From: Candidatus Latescibacterota bacterium
GTDB taxonomy: Bacteria; Latescibacterota; UBA2968; UBA8231
DNA: 64,000 nt
Reading direction: 5' to 3'
Assembly (NCBI GenBank): GCA_965215195.1
Contig: CBDCDC010000002.1
Span: 1,504,001-1,568,000 of the forward strand
Shown: in pieces, positions 17,607 to 27,968 of the stretch
Layout: each line of letters begins with the position of its first letter
Numbering within the stretch: position 1 is the stretch's first letter
The notes under the pieces: model-generated
The model's database searches: none
The model's input: the letters and a program-made list of their open reading frames with translations, nothing else
Told to the model about the DNA's origin: nothing
Translations under genes and position numbers: made by a program

Positions 17607-19184
17607 TTATCGCTGGACCGTAACGCCTTTTGCTTCGAGGGCGGGGATGTGTGTGTTGATTGACTCGTCACTGAGGGTGGTAACGCCAGTCAGAAACAGA
17701 AAGTCCAAGTTGGTCAGGCTGAGCAACGGACTCACATCCGTAATAGACGTGTTACTCAGATTCAGCTCTTGCAAGTTGGTCAGGCTCGTCAACGAAGCCA
17801 CCCCCGCATCCGTAATGGACGTGCCACTCAGACCCAGATCTGTCAACTTGGTCAGGCTCGTCAACGAAGCCACCCCCGCATCCGTAATGGACGTGCCACT
17901 CAGAAGCAGAAATGTCAGGTTGGTCAGGCTCGCCAACGGACTCACATCCGTAATGGACGTGTTACCCAGCTGCAGCGTGCCCAAGTTGGTCAGGCTCGCC
18001 AACGGACTCACATTCGTAATGGACGTGTTGTTACTCAGACGCAGCGTGCTCAAGTTGGTCAGGCTCGCCAACGGACTCACATCCGCAATCTGGTTGTCCT
18101 CCAGGTCCAGCCAAGTCAGCGCCGTCGCGTGTTCGAGGCCGGCCAAGCTCTGAATACTTGCAGCTACTGCTTCAAGCCGCGTTAGGGACGCCAGATCCTC
18201 GGGTGTAAGTTCGCCTGTCGGTTTACTCAGCGCCTGCCGCACCGCACCCTCTAAGTTGGCGTCGGCGAACGAGACTCCCGGGTCCGGAGGTGGATCCGGT
18301 GGCGGAGGTGGATCCGGTGGCGGAGGTGGATCCGGAGTCGAGGGTGGATCCGGAGCCGAGGGTGGAGTCGGGGCCGGGGCTGCTGCCGGGGCCGGTGGTT
18401 GCGGGTTCGGCAGGACGACGGAGACCTTGACGTCCCCTTCTATCAAGGTAGGCACCTGTGCGGCGAGGTCCGGTTGGCGAATGGGATTGTCCACCAAGCC
18501 CAACCAGTCGAGCCGGGTCAGGCCGTCCAACGGACGCACGTCCGCCACCGCGTTGTGCCCCAAGTCCAGCGAGGTCAGCTTCGTCAACCCTGCCAACGCA
18601 CTCACCGCTTCAATCGCGTTGCCCCACAGGTTCAGGTAGGTCAGCTTCGTCAACCCTGCCAACGCACTCACGTCCGCCACTTCGTTGCCCCACAGACTCA
18701 GCCATTTCAAATTGGTCAACCCCGCCAACGCACCCACATCCGCCACCTGATTGTGCCCTAAGTTCAGGTGGGTCAACTGGGTCAACCCTGCCAACGGACT
18801 CAAATCCACAATCTGGTTGCCCCACAGGTTCAGCGTGTCCAGCGCCGTCGCGTGTTCGAGGCCGGCCAAGCTCTCAATGCCTGAGACGTCTTGCTGTTCT
18901 ACGTCGAGCTTCGTCAGGGACGCCAGATCGTCGGCGGTCAGCGGGCCTTCGGGCTTGTTCAGCGTCCGCCGCACCGCAAGCTCCAAATTGGCGTCGGCAA
19001 ACGAGCCGATGGCGGGTGCGGGGCTGTCGGTTGCAGCGTCCGACGGCGTACTATCGGCCTCGGCCTGCCCGAGGGCTTTGCCCGCTGGCTCCGGCGCGAC
19101 CGGCGGATCGGAACAGGCCATCCAAGTAACCACTACGCCTAAAACGACGACACCGAGGGCGTTTATTCGCTTCCATAAAGGCAT
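17607..19184 (-). CDS. Internalin-like LRR lipoprotein, copy 1
   Basis: Lipobox 'WMAC'; two 'FADANLE.AVR..L.KP' caps, each followed by 22-24 aa LRRs; proline-rich linker. Confidence 0.9.
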   Translation of the reverse strand: MPLWKRINALGVVVLGVVVTWMACSDPPVAPEPAGKALGQAEADSTPSDAATDSPAPAIGSFADANLELAVRRTLNKPEGPLTADDLASLTKLDVEQQDVSGIESLAGLEHATALDTLNLWGNQIVDLSPLAGLTQLTHLNLGHNQVADVGALAGLTNLKWLSLWGNEVADVSALAGLTKLTYLNLWGNAIEAVSALAGLTKLTSLDLGHNAVADVRPLDGLTRLDWLGLVDNPIRQPDLAAQVPTLIEGDVKVSVVLPNPQPPAPAAAPAPTPPSAPDPPSTPDPPPPPDPPPPPDPPPDPGVSFADANLEGAVRQALSKPTGELTPEDLASLTRLEAVAASIQSLAGLEHATALTWLDLEDNQIADVSPLASLTNLSTLRLSNNTSITNVSPLASLTNLGTLQLGNTSITDVSPLASLTNLTFLLLSGTSITDAGVASLTSLTKLTDLGLSGTSITDAGVASLTSLTNLQELNLSNTSITDVSPLLSLTNLDFLFLTGVTTLSDESINTHIPALEAKGVTVQR

Positions 19185-19804
19185 TGTTTGCCTCCTTTTA
19201 CGAAATAAAGGGGTGGATAGAAAGGAACAGGAACCGGCCGCCATGGCAGACGACGGCCACGACGTACAGACGAAGGCCGCACGGGCAACATGCGGCGAGG
19301 GGTGGGACGGATCGCCAAACGGCCGCTTGGGATCCGTCGCCAGTGCTTGAGCAGTAGAGAATCTAGCGCTTTAGTGCTTGAGCAGAATTTCGAGGGGGGG
19401 GGGGGGGTAAATCATTGTTTTTTAATGACTTACGTAACATTTTTAGCAGGTCGAAAATCGGTGGTGTATTCGGTGCGCCACGCGCTGTAAAAGACAAACA
19501 CAACATCTCACGGCCTTGTATTCTATGGTCGCTACGTGAACAAAGCAAGGGATATTTGAAGTTGCAGTCCCCGGATAAAGAGACAGAACGTCCCCAAAAA
19601 ATTAAAGGGACCCACGACCCCTTATTCGGTAGTGGATTACACGGGCGGCGGGGACGGACCGGCGGGGGGCGCGTCGGACCAAGCCAACAGACCCCGACCC
19701 ACCGACCCGCCCAGCCGCCGCAAGAGGGGTGTCAATTGAGCCCATTCCTTTTACCGATATGAACCATCCATTCTGATGGTACGCACGGTGCGTAACGTCA
19801 GTTA

Positions 19805-21064
19805 TTAACCCGCGCGGTGTGCGGCCCGCACCCGCTCGATTTCGGCGAGCCGCTCCTGCGCAGCCGAGAATTCGGGATGGAGCTTGAGGAGCTTTTCAAA
19901 GACCGCGGCCGCCTTGTTGACGTACCCGAACTCTAGGTGGAGTAGCCCCAAGTTGTAGGTGGCCTCTGGGGAGCGCGGCGATCGGCTTGCGGCCCGTTTG
20001 AGGCTGGCTAGCCGGCCCTCGTATTCCTTGAGCTTGGCAAAGACCTGCATTAGCTCGCGGCCCTCGGCACTGCGGCCCTGCTTGAGGTAGAGCTGGGCCA
20101 AGCTGTAGTGGGCACCCGCGTGGCCGGGATCGCGCTTTATGGCCTCCAAATAGTAAGTGGCCGCCTGTTCCTCGTGCCCTAACTTGGCCGTCACCGCGCC
20201 CAAGCGGTAATAGGAATCGGCGTGGGCCGCGTCCTCGAGCAAGCTCTGGTGAAAGTAACTCCGCGCCGCTTCGAGCTTGCCTTCTTGCTCGCTGATAACG
20301 CCGAGGTCGTAAAACGCATTGGCCGTCTCGACGCCGAGTTCCACGGCTCGCCGATAGGCCGCCCTAGCTTCTGCGTATTGGCTCAAGGCCATGTAGCTCT
20401 CGCCCAATTGCGCGTACACTCGCCCTTCGTCCGGGTGGTCAGCGAGGGCGCGCTGGTACTCGGCAATGGCTTCGCCCGGGCGGTGCTGCAAGTGATAGAC
20501 CCGCCCCAAATTGGCCCGGGCTTGCAGGAAGGTCGGCAGCAAGCGCACGGCTTCCTCGTACTGAGCCGCGGCCTCTGCGTAGAGGCCCTGTTGCTGGTAG
20601 AGATAGCCGAGATTGTAGTAGATCGCCCCAAAGTCGGGCCGGAGCGCGAGCGCCTGCTTATAGCTTTCCTCTGCTGCTAAAAAGCGGCCCAATCCGTCGA
20701 GCGCAACGGCGAGGCCGATCCGCGCCTCAAAGTGCTCGGGGGCCAACTCCAGTGCCTGTTCAAAGTGGGGGATCGCCGCGTCAAAGCGCTCTACAGCGGC
20801 ATGCGTCACGCCTAGATTGCTATGGGCTTGGGCGAGGTCTGGGTCCAGCTCAATGGCCTGCTGATAGTAGCGGGCCGCTTCGTCCATCTGGCTTTGGGCG
20901 CGCAAGCGGTCGCCTTGCGCGACGGCTTTTTGCGCGGCATTGGCCCGGTACTGCGAGTACCAGTACGAGCCGCCCAAGCCGAGGGCCAGCACCAGCGCGA
21001 CAGCTCCTATATACAAGAAGCGACGGCGCGGCACTTGCTCGCGGTTCTTTTTTTTGCGGGCCAT
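19805..21064 (-). CDS. TPR-repeat membrane-anchored protein
   Basis: N-terminal TM and many TPRs. Confidence 0.88.
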   Translation of the reverse strand: MARKKKNREQVPRRRFLYIGAVALVLALGLGGSYWYSQYRANAAQKAVAQGDRLRAQSQMDEAARYYQQAIELDPDLAQAHSNLGVTHAAVERFDAAIPHFEQALELAPEHFEARIGLAVALDGLGRFLAAEESYKQALALRPDFGAIYYNLGYLYQQQGLYAEAAAQYEEAVRLLPTFLQARANLGRVYHLQHRPGEAIAEYQRALADHPDEGRVYAQLGESYMALSQYAEARAAYRRAVELGVETANAFYDLGVISEQEGKLEAARSYFHQSLLEDAAHADSYYRLGAVTAKLGHEEQAATYYLEAIKRDPGHAGAHYSLAQLYLKQGRSAEGRELMQVFAKLKEYEGRLASLKRAASRSPRSPEATYNLGLLHLEFGYVNKAAAVFEKLLKLHPEFSAAQERLAEIERVRAAHRAG

Positions 21065-21186
21065 CCGTGCGTTGCGTTTACTAGTCGGGGGAATACTTGG
21101 GCATGGGATCAGGTGCGCCGAGCGCGTCTAGCGCACCATTGCGAATGTATAGGCGGTCGCCTCAAATCCTGTACATCCCACAGGTC

Positions 21187-21639
21187 CTACTGCCGGACGA
21201 CCTCTAGCGCGGTCATGATCTGATCTTGGCCCCAAGTTCCTCCGAGCCGGAGCGAACTCGTCGCGATGGAGCCGGTGATGGTGTCTTCTTCTTTGGCGAA
21301 GGCATAGACCGTCTTGGCATTGAGGTAGCGCAGCTCCAAGGTAATCTGGTCGGGATCGTCTGGCTGGATAATGTCGATTGCCTGGATGAAATCGTTGCGG
21401 CCCTCGCCATAAACCAACCTCGCAGACACGGTGACTTTCTTAGGGGAAATCCGCACAATGCTCATTGAAACCGGGCGGTCTTGCCCGCTGACGCCATTGG
21501 ATAGGGCGAAATCCCCGGTGCCCTCGTATTCGCCGATCCAAGCATCGGCGTGATCGGACGTCGGCTGAACGGCTTCCTCCGAACCGCAGCTCAGGGTGGT
21601 CAACAGGCCCGCGAGGGCCAACCAAGTCCATTGCTTCAT
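21187..21639 (-). CDS. Hypothetical lipoprotein
   Basis: 'MKQWTWLALAGLLTTLSC' lipobox; GGAGG RBS. Confidence 0.65.
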   Translation of the reverse strand: MKQWTWLALAGLLTTLSCGSEEAVQPTSDHADAWIGEYEGTGDFALSNGVSGQDRPVSMSIVRISPKKVTVSARLVYGEGRNDFIQAIDIIQPDDPDQITLELRYLNAKTVYAFAKEEDTITGSIATSSLRLGGTWGQDQIMTALEVVRQ

Positions 21640-21763
21640 CGCACGTACCTCCGCAGAGTTTTTATTCGGCAAAAGTATAGGGCACAACTCAGCGCGCATC
21701 AACCGCCTCGCGCCGCCGCCACTCGCCAATTCTGCCCTCAGTTCGTACACTATGCGTACTAAA

Positions 21764-24031
21764 ATGTATCCACTGCCAAAGACGCCAACGCGCCTAGGTA
21801 TCGCGCTCGCCGCTTTCTTGGGCTGCGCCTCTGAGCCGCCCCTTCCCGCGCAGAGCGCGCAGCACTACGAACAGGCCCGCCAACACCTAGCGGCCGGCCG
21901 TTTGGACACGGCCGCCCACGTGCTCGAAGCACTCGTCCAGCGCGATACCCTGCACTACGAGGCCGCGCTCGCGCTCGGGGAAATCTACTTGCGGCAAAGG
22001 CGCTACCAACAAGCCTTGTCTCCGCTCGCCCGGGCACAAAGGCTCGCGCCCGAGCGCATCGAGGCCCGGCTGCAGTTGGCCCAAACCCTGAATAAACTCG
22101 GGCGTCAAGCCGAGGCCCGCGCCCTTTTTGACGCCCTCGTGGCGGCCTTTCCCGGCAACGCGGTCGCCTGCATGGCCTACGCCGACCTCCTGATGACGCA
22201 AGACCAACCCGACGCCGCAGGGGCCCTCGCCCAGTACGAAGCCATCCTCGCGGTCGATCCCCGGCACTACCGAGCGCGCTCCGGCAAGGCCGCCTCGCTT
22301 TTGCGCTTGGGCGATTTTGCCGGCGCAGCCGCCCGCCTCGACAGCTTGCTCGCCGAGCGGCCGACCGACGTATATCTATCCTTCCTATTGGGCGCGGCCC
22401 ACCACCACTTGCGCCAGTATCCCGCGGCCGTCGCCGCGTACAAGCGCGCCATTGACGTCCTGCCCCCGGCCTCGCCGCAGCGCACGGTGCGCCAGTGGAA
22501 CCTGCGGCTGGCCTATATCGAGGCGTATGGCACCTACCCGGGCGACCTCGAACCGGCCTATCAGATCGGCTTGGCCCCACTGGCCGAGCCATCGCCAGTG
22601 CGCTTCACCGATGTGGCCGCAGCAGCCGGCGTTGGCAAGCGCGATCGGGGGCGCGGCGTGGCGTGGCTCGACTACGACAGCGACGGCGACCCGGACCTCT
22701 TCGCCGCCGGCATCCAAGCCCCGCACGCGCTCTATCGCAACGACGGCGACGGCCGCTTTGCCGATGTATCTGCCGCCGCCGACCTCGCAGACCCGCGCGG
22801 CGGCTGGGCGGCCATTGCCGCAGACTACGATGGCGACGGCCACCCAGACCTCTTTGCCACCCGCGAGGCTTGGGAGGGGCTCGCGCCCAACTCGCTCTAC
22901 CGCAATCAGGGCGATGGAACCTTTCGCGAGGCCGCACCCCAAGCCGGCGTCGCCGGCACCGACGACAGCTTCATGGCCGTCTGGACCGACTACGACAACG
23001 ACGGCCTGCCAGATCTGTACGTGGCCTCGGGCATCACCGGCAGCGGGCGGCCCAACCGCCTCTACCACAACCAAGGGGACGGCACCTTTGCCGACCGCGG
23101 CGCACAGGCTGGCGTGGCCTACCGCGGCAAAACCCTCGGCGTGACCTGTGGCGACTACGACGGCGACGGCGACAGCGACCTCTACGCCATTGACGTGGCC
23201 GCCCCCAATCGCCTCTACCGCAACGACGGGCACCACTTCAGCGACGTCACGGCCGCGGCCGGCGTGGCCAAACCGAGCGAGGGCAGCTACGTGGGATTTT
23301 TCATCGACGGCGACGGCGATGGGGACGGCGATCTCTTCGTCTCGGCCATGAACTTCTACGAAGACATCGTGCAGTCGCAGGTCACCGGATTGGCCTTGCG
23401 GCCGACCCGCGCCTATCTGTACCGCAACGACGGGGCCACCTTCCGCGACATTGCCCCCCAGCAGGGGCTGGCCCGCTCCTTTGGCTCAATGGGCGCGGGC
23501 TATGGCGACGTGGATTACGACGGTCTAATCGACATCTACCTGACCAACGGCGGCCCCTTAATGGCGCGCTTTGAACCCAACACCCTGTTCCACAACCGCG
23601 GCGACCGCTTCGCCGACATCACGGCCGCGGCCGGCGTTGGCAACCCGGGCAAGGGGCACGGCGTGGGTTTTGCCGACTACGACCTCGACGGCGATCTCGA
23701 CCTCTATACCGCGGTCGGCGGCCACTACCCGGGCGACTTGTGGGCCAACAGCTTGTACCGCAACGAGGGCCACCACAACCACTTCCTCGGCGTGGATTTA
23801 GGGCCGCGGGCCATTGGTGCGCGGTTGCGCCTGCGCGCCCAAGACTTGCTCGGGGTCGTGGAAATCAGCAGCGGTCCGGGGTTTGGGTCGTCCAACAGCT
23901 TGTCCCCGGCCCTCGGCTTGGGAGCGCGCACCCGCGTCGATACCCTCGAAATCCGCTGGCCCACCGGCGCACAGCACGTGTACGCGGATCTAGAAATCGA
24001 CCGCTTCCACCGCTTTGCCGAGCAGCCCTGA
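21764..24031 (+). CDS. TPR plus FG-GAP/ASPIC-UnbV lipoprotein
   Basis: 'FLGC' lipobox, N-terminal TPRs, and 'DYD.DG..DL' repeats. Confidence 0.88.
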   Translation: MYPLPKTPTRLGIALAAFLGCASEPPLPAQSAQHYEQARQHLAAGRLDTAAHVLEALVQRDTLHYEAALALGEIYLRQRRYQQALSPLARAQRLAPERIEARLQLAQTLNKLGRQAEARALFDALVAAFPGNAVACMAYADLLMTQDQPDAAGALAQYEAILAVDPRHYRARSGKAASLLRLGDFAGAAARLDSLLAERPTDVYLSFLLGAAHHHLRQYPAAVAAYKRAIDVLPPASPQRTVRQWNLRLAYIEAYGTYPGDLEPAYQIGLAPLAEPSPVRFTDVAAAAGVGKRDRGRGVAWLDYDSDGDPDLFAAGIQAPHALYRNDGDGRFADVSAAADLADPRGGWAAIAADYDGDGHPDLFATREAWEGLAPNSLYRNQGDGTFREAAPQAGVAGTDDSFMAVWTDYDNDGLPDLYVASGITGSGRPNRLYHNQGDGTFADRGAQAGVAYRGKTLGVTCGDYDGDGDSDLYAIDVAAPNRLYRNDGHHFSDVTAAAGVAKPSEGSYVGFFIDGDGDGDGDLFVSAMNFYEDIVQSQVTGLALRPTRAYLYRNDGATFRDIAPQQGLARSFGSMGAGYGDVDYDGLIDIYLTNGGPLMARFEPNTLFHNRGDRFADITAAAGVGNPGKGHGVGFADYDLDGDLDLYTAVGGHYPGDLWANSLYRNEGHHNHFLGVDLGPRAIGARLRLRAQDLLGVVEISSGPGFGSSNSLSPALGLGARTRVDTLEIRWPTGAQHVYADLEIDRFHRFAEQP

Positions 24032-25231
24032 ATGGCGCGGCCCCTGCTCTGCGCGGCATTCGCGCTCGCCTCCTGCGCCTCCGAGCCAACGCCGGCACCG
24101 GATGCAGCCGAGCACCGCGCCCTTGCCCGCGCTCACTTTGCGGCGACCCGCTTTGAAGAAGCGGCCGCAGCCGCCCGCGCCGGGCTAGCCCTCGACTCAA
24201 CGGACGCAGACCTCCACAATGTGCTGGCCTCGTCCCACGCGGCTCAGGGCCGCTACGCGCTGGCCATAGAATCCCTCGAAACAACCGTCCGCCTCAAGCC
24301 CGATTACGCCATGGGCTTTGTCAACCTCGGCGGGATCTACACCAAGTTAGGTCAGTACGATCGCGCCGATACCTATCTCCAGCGCGCCGTCCAGCTCAAC
24401 CCGGACAACTCGCCGGTGCGCCGGCGCTTGGGCGAGCTGTACTTGGCCACGGGTCGCTACGCCGAGGCCACCCGCGAACTGCTCGAAGCCCTGCGCCTCT
24501 TTCCCAACGACGCCACGCTCTACTACTACCTCGGCCAAAGCCTTGCGGCCGAGGATCGACAGGCCGATGCCTTGGAGGCCTTGCAGCGCGCCACCTTGCT
24601 CGACATCGGCTTTGCCGACGCCTTCTATCGCCTCGCCACCCTCGCCCGCAAGGCCGGCCGCGACACCTTGGCGCAGCAGGCCCTAACGAGCTTTGAACAC
24701 CTACAAGCGCTCGGCGGCAAAGAGGTCAAGCGGCTGCGCGCCGCCATCCTCAACGCACCCGAAGAAGCCGCCCATCACTACAACCTCGGCCTGTTCTTCG
24801 TCCGGCACGGGTACTTTGCCCAAGCCGAGAACAAATTCGATCGGGCCGTCGCCCTGCGCCCCGGAGACCTCGTCCTGCTCAACCGCCTCGCTGGCGACCT
24901 CCTGAAGCTGCAACAGCCCGAAGCCGCGCTCCGCTACGTACAGGCTGCCCTCGATCAAGACCCGGGGTATTTTCCCGCCTTGCTCAAGGCCGGCCACATC
25001 GCCGGCCAACTCGGCCGCTACGACGAGGCCGTTGCCTACTGCCGCCGAGCGGTGGCAGTTCGTCCAGACGACGCCGAGGGCTGGTATCTCCTCGGCTTGG
25101 GCCTGTTCAGCAAGGGGGAACGCGCCGCGGCCGAACAGGCCTTGCAGCGCAGTCTAGCACTGAGCGCGGACGCTGAGACGCTGCACGCTAAGGCCCAGCA
25201 ACTTCTCAACACCCTGCAACAAACGCCGTGA
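24032..25231 (+). CDS. TPR lipoprotein
   Basis: 'LASC' lipobox and TPRs. Confidence 0.85.
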   Translation: MARPLLCAAFALASCASEPTPAPDAAEHRALARAHFAATRFEEAAAAARAGLALDSTDADLHNVLASSHAAQGRYALAIESLETTVRLKPDYAMGFVNLGGIYTKLGQYDRADTYLQRAVQLNPDNSPVRRRLGELYLATGRYAEATRELLEALRLFPNDATLYYYLGQSLAAEDRQADALEALQRATLLDIGFADAFYRLATLARKAGRDTLAQQALTSFEHLQALGGKEVKRLRAAILNAPEEAAHHYNLGLFFVRHGYFAQAENKFDRAVALRPGDLVLLNRLAGDLLKLQQPEAALRYVQAALDQDPGYFPALLKAGHIAGQLGRYDEAVAYCRRAVAVRPDDAEGWYLLGLGLFSKGERAAAEQALQRSLALSADAETLHAKAQQLLNTLQQTP

Positions 25232-26034
25232 CCGCGCTGCTTTCGCTCCTTTTTCCCCTCGCCCTCCATCTCGCTTGTAGCGGGCCAGACCCCCGCGCCG
25301 AGGATTGGTCCCAACACTATCAAGCCGGGCGCACCGCCCTCGGCCAAAGCCGCTTCGCCGAGGCCGAACAAGCCCTATCCCACGCTCTGACGCTAGCCGA
25401 AGCGTTTGCCCCCGACGACCCGCGCTACGGCCGCACCGCCCACCAACTCGCCCAGCTCCACGTGGTGCGCGGCGAACTCGCGCGGGCCGAAAGCCTCTAC
25501 CAGCACTTGCGCGAGCGGCAAGCGGCCCTCCCAGACGATCATCCCGACAAGATGTTGACCCTCGACAAACTGGGCGACACCTACCGACTCCAGCAACGGC
25601 CGGCCGCGGCTGCCGCGCTCTACGGCCGCGTCCTCGCCTTTGAGCAGGCGCACCGCGGGGATGAGGAAGTTGCGGCGACCATGCAGAAGTTATCCGACCT
25701 CTACCGAGCACAAGGCGACCGCGCCGCGGCCGATTCCCTCGCGCAACGCGCCCAAGCCCTAACCCTCCGCGCCCGCGCCCATGCCCTGTTCCTCCAAGGC
25801 CACTACCAACGGGCCGCGCCCCTGTATCACAGCGCACTGTCCCTGCAAGCGGGCGATCATCCCGACATGGCCCGCACTTGTTACTACCTAGGCCGCCTGT
25901 ACGACGCACAGGATCGCTACCGGCAGGCCGAGCACTTCTACCGGCGCGCCCTCGCCGCGTCTCCCGCCAGCGATCCCGACCAAGTCGGCGCAGCACTCGC
26001 CGACCTGCTCGCCCGCAAGGCCACCCATCCCTAA
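25228..26034 (+). CDS. TPR (kinesin-light-chain type) lipoprotein
   Basis: 'HLAC'; 'DHPD...TL..LG..Y' repeats. Confidence 0.8.
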   Translation: MTALLSLLFPLALHLACSGPDPRAEDWSQHYQAGRTALGQSRFAEAEQALSHALTLAEAFAPDDPRYGRTAHQLAQLHVVRGELARAESLYQHLRERQAALPDDHPDKMLTLDKLGDTYRLQQRPAAAAALYGRVLAFEQAHRGDEEVAATMQKLSDLYRAQGDRAAADSLAQRAQALTLRARAHALFLQGHYQRAAPLYHSALSLQAGDHPDMARTCYYLGRLYDAQDRYRQAEHFYRRALAASPASDPDQVGAALADLLARKATHP

Positions 26035-26054
26035 CGCCCACAGGAGTCGCATTT

Positions 26055-27055
26055 ATGAACCGCCCCCCCACAGCATTCAAACGCATTGCCGCCGCCGACC
26101 TCAGAGCCTTTGGCACGGCCTGCCTCCGCGCCGCGGGCATGTCCGCCGCACACGCCGCCCAGTTGGCCGACCTGCTGACCAATTCGGACTTGCGCGGTGT
26201 GCGCTCGCACGGCACCCGCGCCCTGTACGGGTATTGCTGCACACTCCGCGACAAAAAGGCCAATCCCGACCCAGACATCCGCGTCCTGCGCGAAAGCGAC
26301 ACCCACGTCTTTGTCGATGGCGATGGCAGCCTCGGTACGCGCCGACCATGCTGGCCACAGAACGCGCCATCGCCAAGGCCAAGGAAAAGGGCCTCGCCGT
26401 CGGCGCGGCCTGCCACATCGGGCACTACGGCTCGGCCGGGCACTACGTGCGCCGCGCCATGGCGGAAAACTGCGTGGGCTTCTCAGTGCAAGCGTCCTAT
26501 CCCCAGTACTACCCCAGCAACGACGGCAAGCGCGCCGCCCACTACGGCAACCCGCCCTTGTGCTTTGGCCTGCCCGGGCAAGACGGGCCACCAGTGGTGC
26601 TCGACGTGGCCACCTGCATCCTCGCCGACTACCAGCACGGCGAGCCGATCGAAGCCATTGAAGAGCTAATCCCGGCGGCCTTCTTCAAGTCCATGGGCTA
26701 CACCGCAGTCGCCACCCTGCTCGGCGGAGCTTTTGTCGGTCAAGGAGATGACCGCGCCGGCGAGGTTGCCGCGCAATGGCCGGCCGCGCGCATGGGCAGC
26801 TTAATCCTCGTCCTCGACTTGGGCCTCTTCGCGCCCGCTCCGCAAGTGCGCCACGGCGTCGATGAGCTGGTGCGTCTAGCGAGCAAGCAGATGATTCCGC
26901 TGCGCGGGTACCGCGAAGTCACCCTGCCCGGCACGCCCGAACACCGCAACGAGGAAGCGTACGCACGCGATGGCGTACCCGTCGGCTTAGAGGATGCTGA
27001 GCGCCTAGCCGAGTGCGGCCGGGCCTTTGGCGTCGCGCCCCCGTGGCTGGACTAA
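26055..27055 (+). pseudogene. Ldh2/malate-L-lactate dehydrogenase family oxidoreductase, frameshifted at ~26335
   Basis: 'SDLRGVRSHG' and 'DGDGSLG' in one frame continue as 'YAPTMLA...HIGHYGSAGHY...GNPP...VLDVAT' in another. One base is missing in ctcggtacgcg. Confidence 0.8.
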
Positions 27056-27101
27056 GGCCGCGCCGGTTTCTACCTTAACGAACCGCAAAAAGGAGATTTC
27101 C

Positions 27102-27968
27102 ATGAGCCTGACGCCCGCGCGCCACGCCCAGCTCAAGCGCTATGCCATCCAGCTGCGCCGCCTCGTCGTCGAGTCGGTACACCGCGCTGGGGCCGGCCAC
27201 TTGGGCGGCCCCATGTCCGCAGCCGAGTTGCTCATCGCCCTGTACTTCGCCGAACTGAACATCGACCCGGCCCGGCCCCGCGACGAAGGCCGCGATCGCT
27301 TCATCCTGTCCAAGGGGCACTCCTCGATCGGCCTGTACGCGGCCTTGGCCCTGCGCGGCTATTTGCCCATTGAGGAGCTCGCCACCTTTGACGCCATTGA
27401 CTCTCGCCTACAGGGGCACCCGGACATGAGCGTTCTCCCCGGCCTCGACATGTCCACTGGCTCGCTGGGCCAGGGCCTGTCGCCCGGCCTCGGCATGGCC
27501 CTCGCCGCCCGTTTGAAGGGGCAGGACTTTCGCACTTGGGTGATGATCGGCGATGGCGACTCGCAGGAGGGGCAGATCTGGGAGGCGGCCTTTGTCGCGG
27601 CGCGCTACGGGCTCGACAATCTCACCGCCATCCTCGACTGGAACGGCCTCCAGCAATACGGCTGGGCCACTGAAAAGGGCTACGGCGCGCTCGACCGCTT
27701 GGCAGCGCAGGAAAATCCACTCAGCCGCTGGCGCGCCTTTGGCTGGAACGCCATCGAGACCGATGGACACGACTTCCCCGCCATTTTCGCGGCCTTTGCC
27801 TCAGCCAAAGCGCACCGCGGCCAACCCACCATCATCGTCGCCCGCACGGTCAAGGGCAAGGGGATCTCCTACATGGAAAACGACTTCAACTGGCACTCCA
27901 AACCAGTGACCGACCAAGACCTCAAACAAGCGCAAATCGAGCTCGCCGCGCAGGAGGCTGCCCTGTGA
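27102..27968 (+). CDS. Transketolase, N-terminal subunit
   Basis: 'GHLGG', 'RDRFILSKGH', 'STGSLGQG', 'GDGDSQEGQIWEA'. Confidence 0.93.
   Translation: MSLTPARHAQLKRYAIQLRRLVVESVHRAGAGHLGGPMSAAELLIALYFAELNIDPARPRDEGRDRFILSKGHSSIGLYAALALRGYLPIEELATFDAIDSRLQGHPDMSVLPGLDMSTGSLGQGLSPGLGMALAARLKGQDFRTWVMIGDGDSQEGQIWEAAFVAARYGLDNLTAILDWNGLQQYGWATEKGYGALDRLAAQENPLSRWRAFGWNAIETDGHDFPAIFAAFASAKAHRGQPTIIVARTVKGKGISYMENDFNWHSKPVTDQDLKQAQIELAAQEAAL

Noticed and set aside
17700-18400. Regular 66-72 bp and 18 bp repeats as a CRISPR array
   Set aside because: They are in-frame LRR units and a proline-linker microrepeat inside a CDS. There are no unique spacers and no cas genes.
17607-19184. Diversity-generating retroelement acting on the LRR pair
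   Set aside because: No reverse transcriptase is in the window, and the differences include repeat-number changes rather than an evident adenine-specific pattern.
19562-19800. GC-rich intergenic stretch as an ncRNA or IS end
   Set aside because: Some pairing potential, but no second copy and no recognisable family motif.
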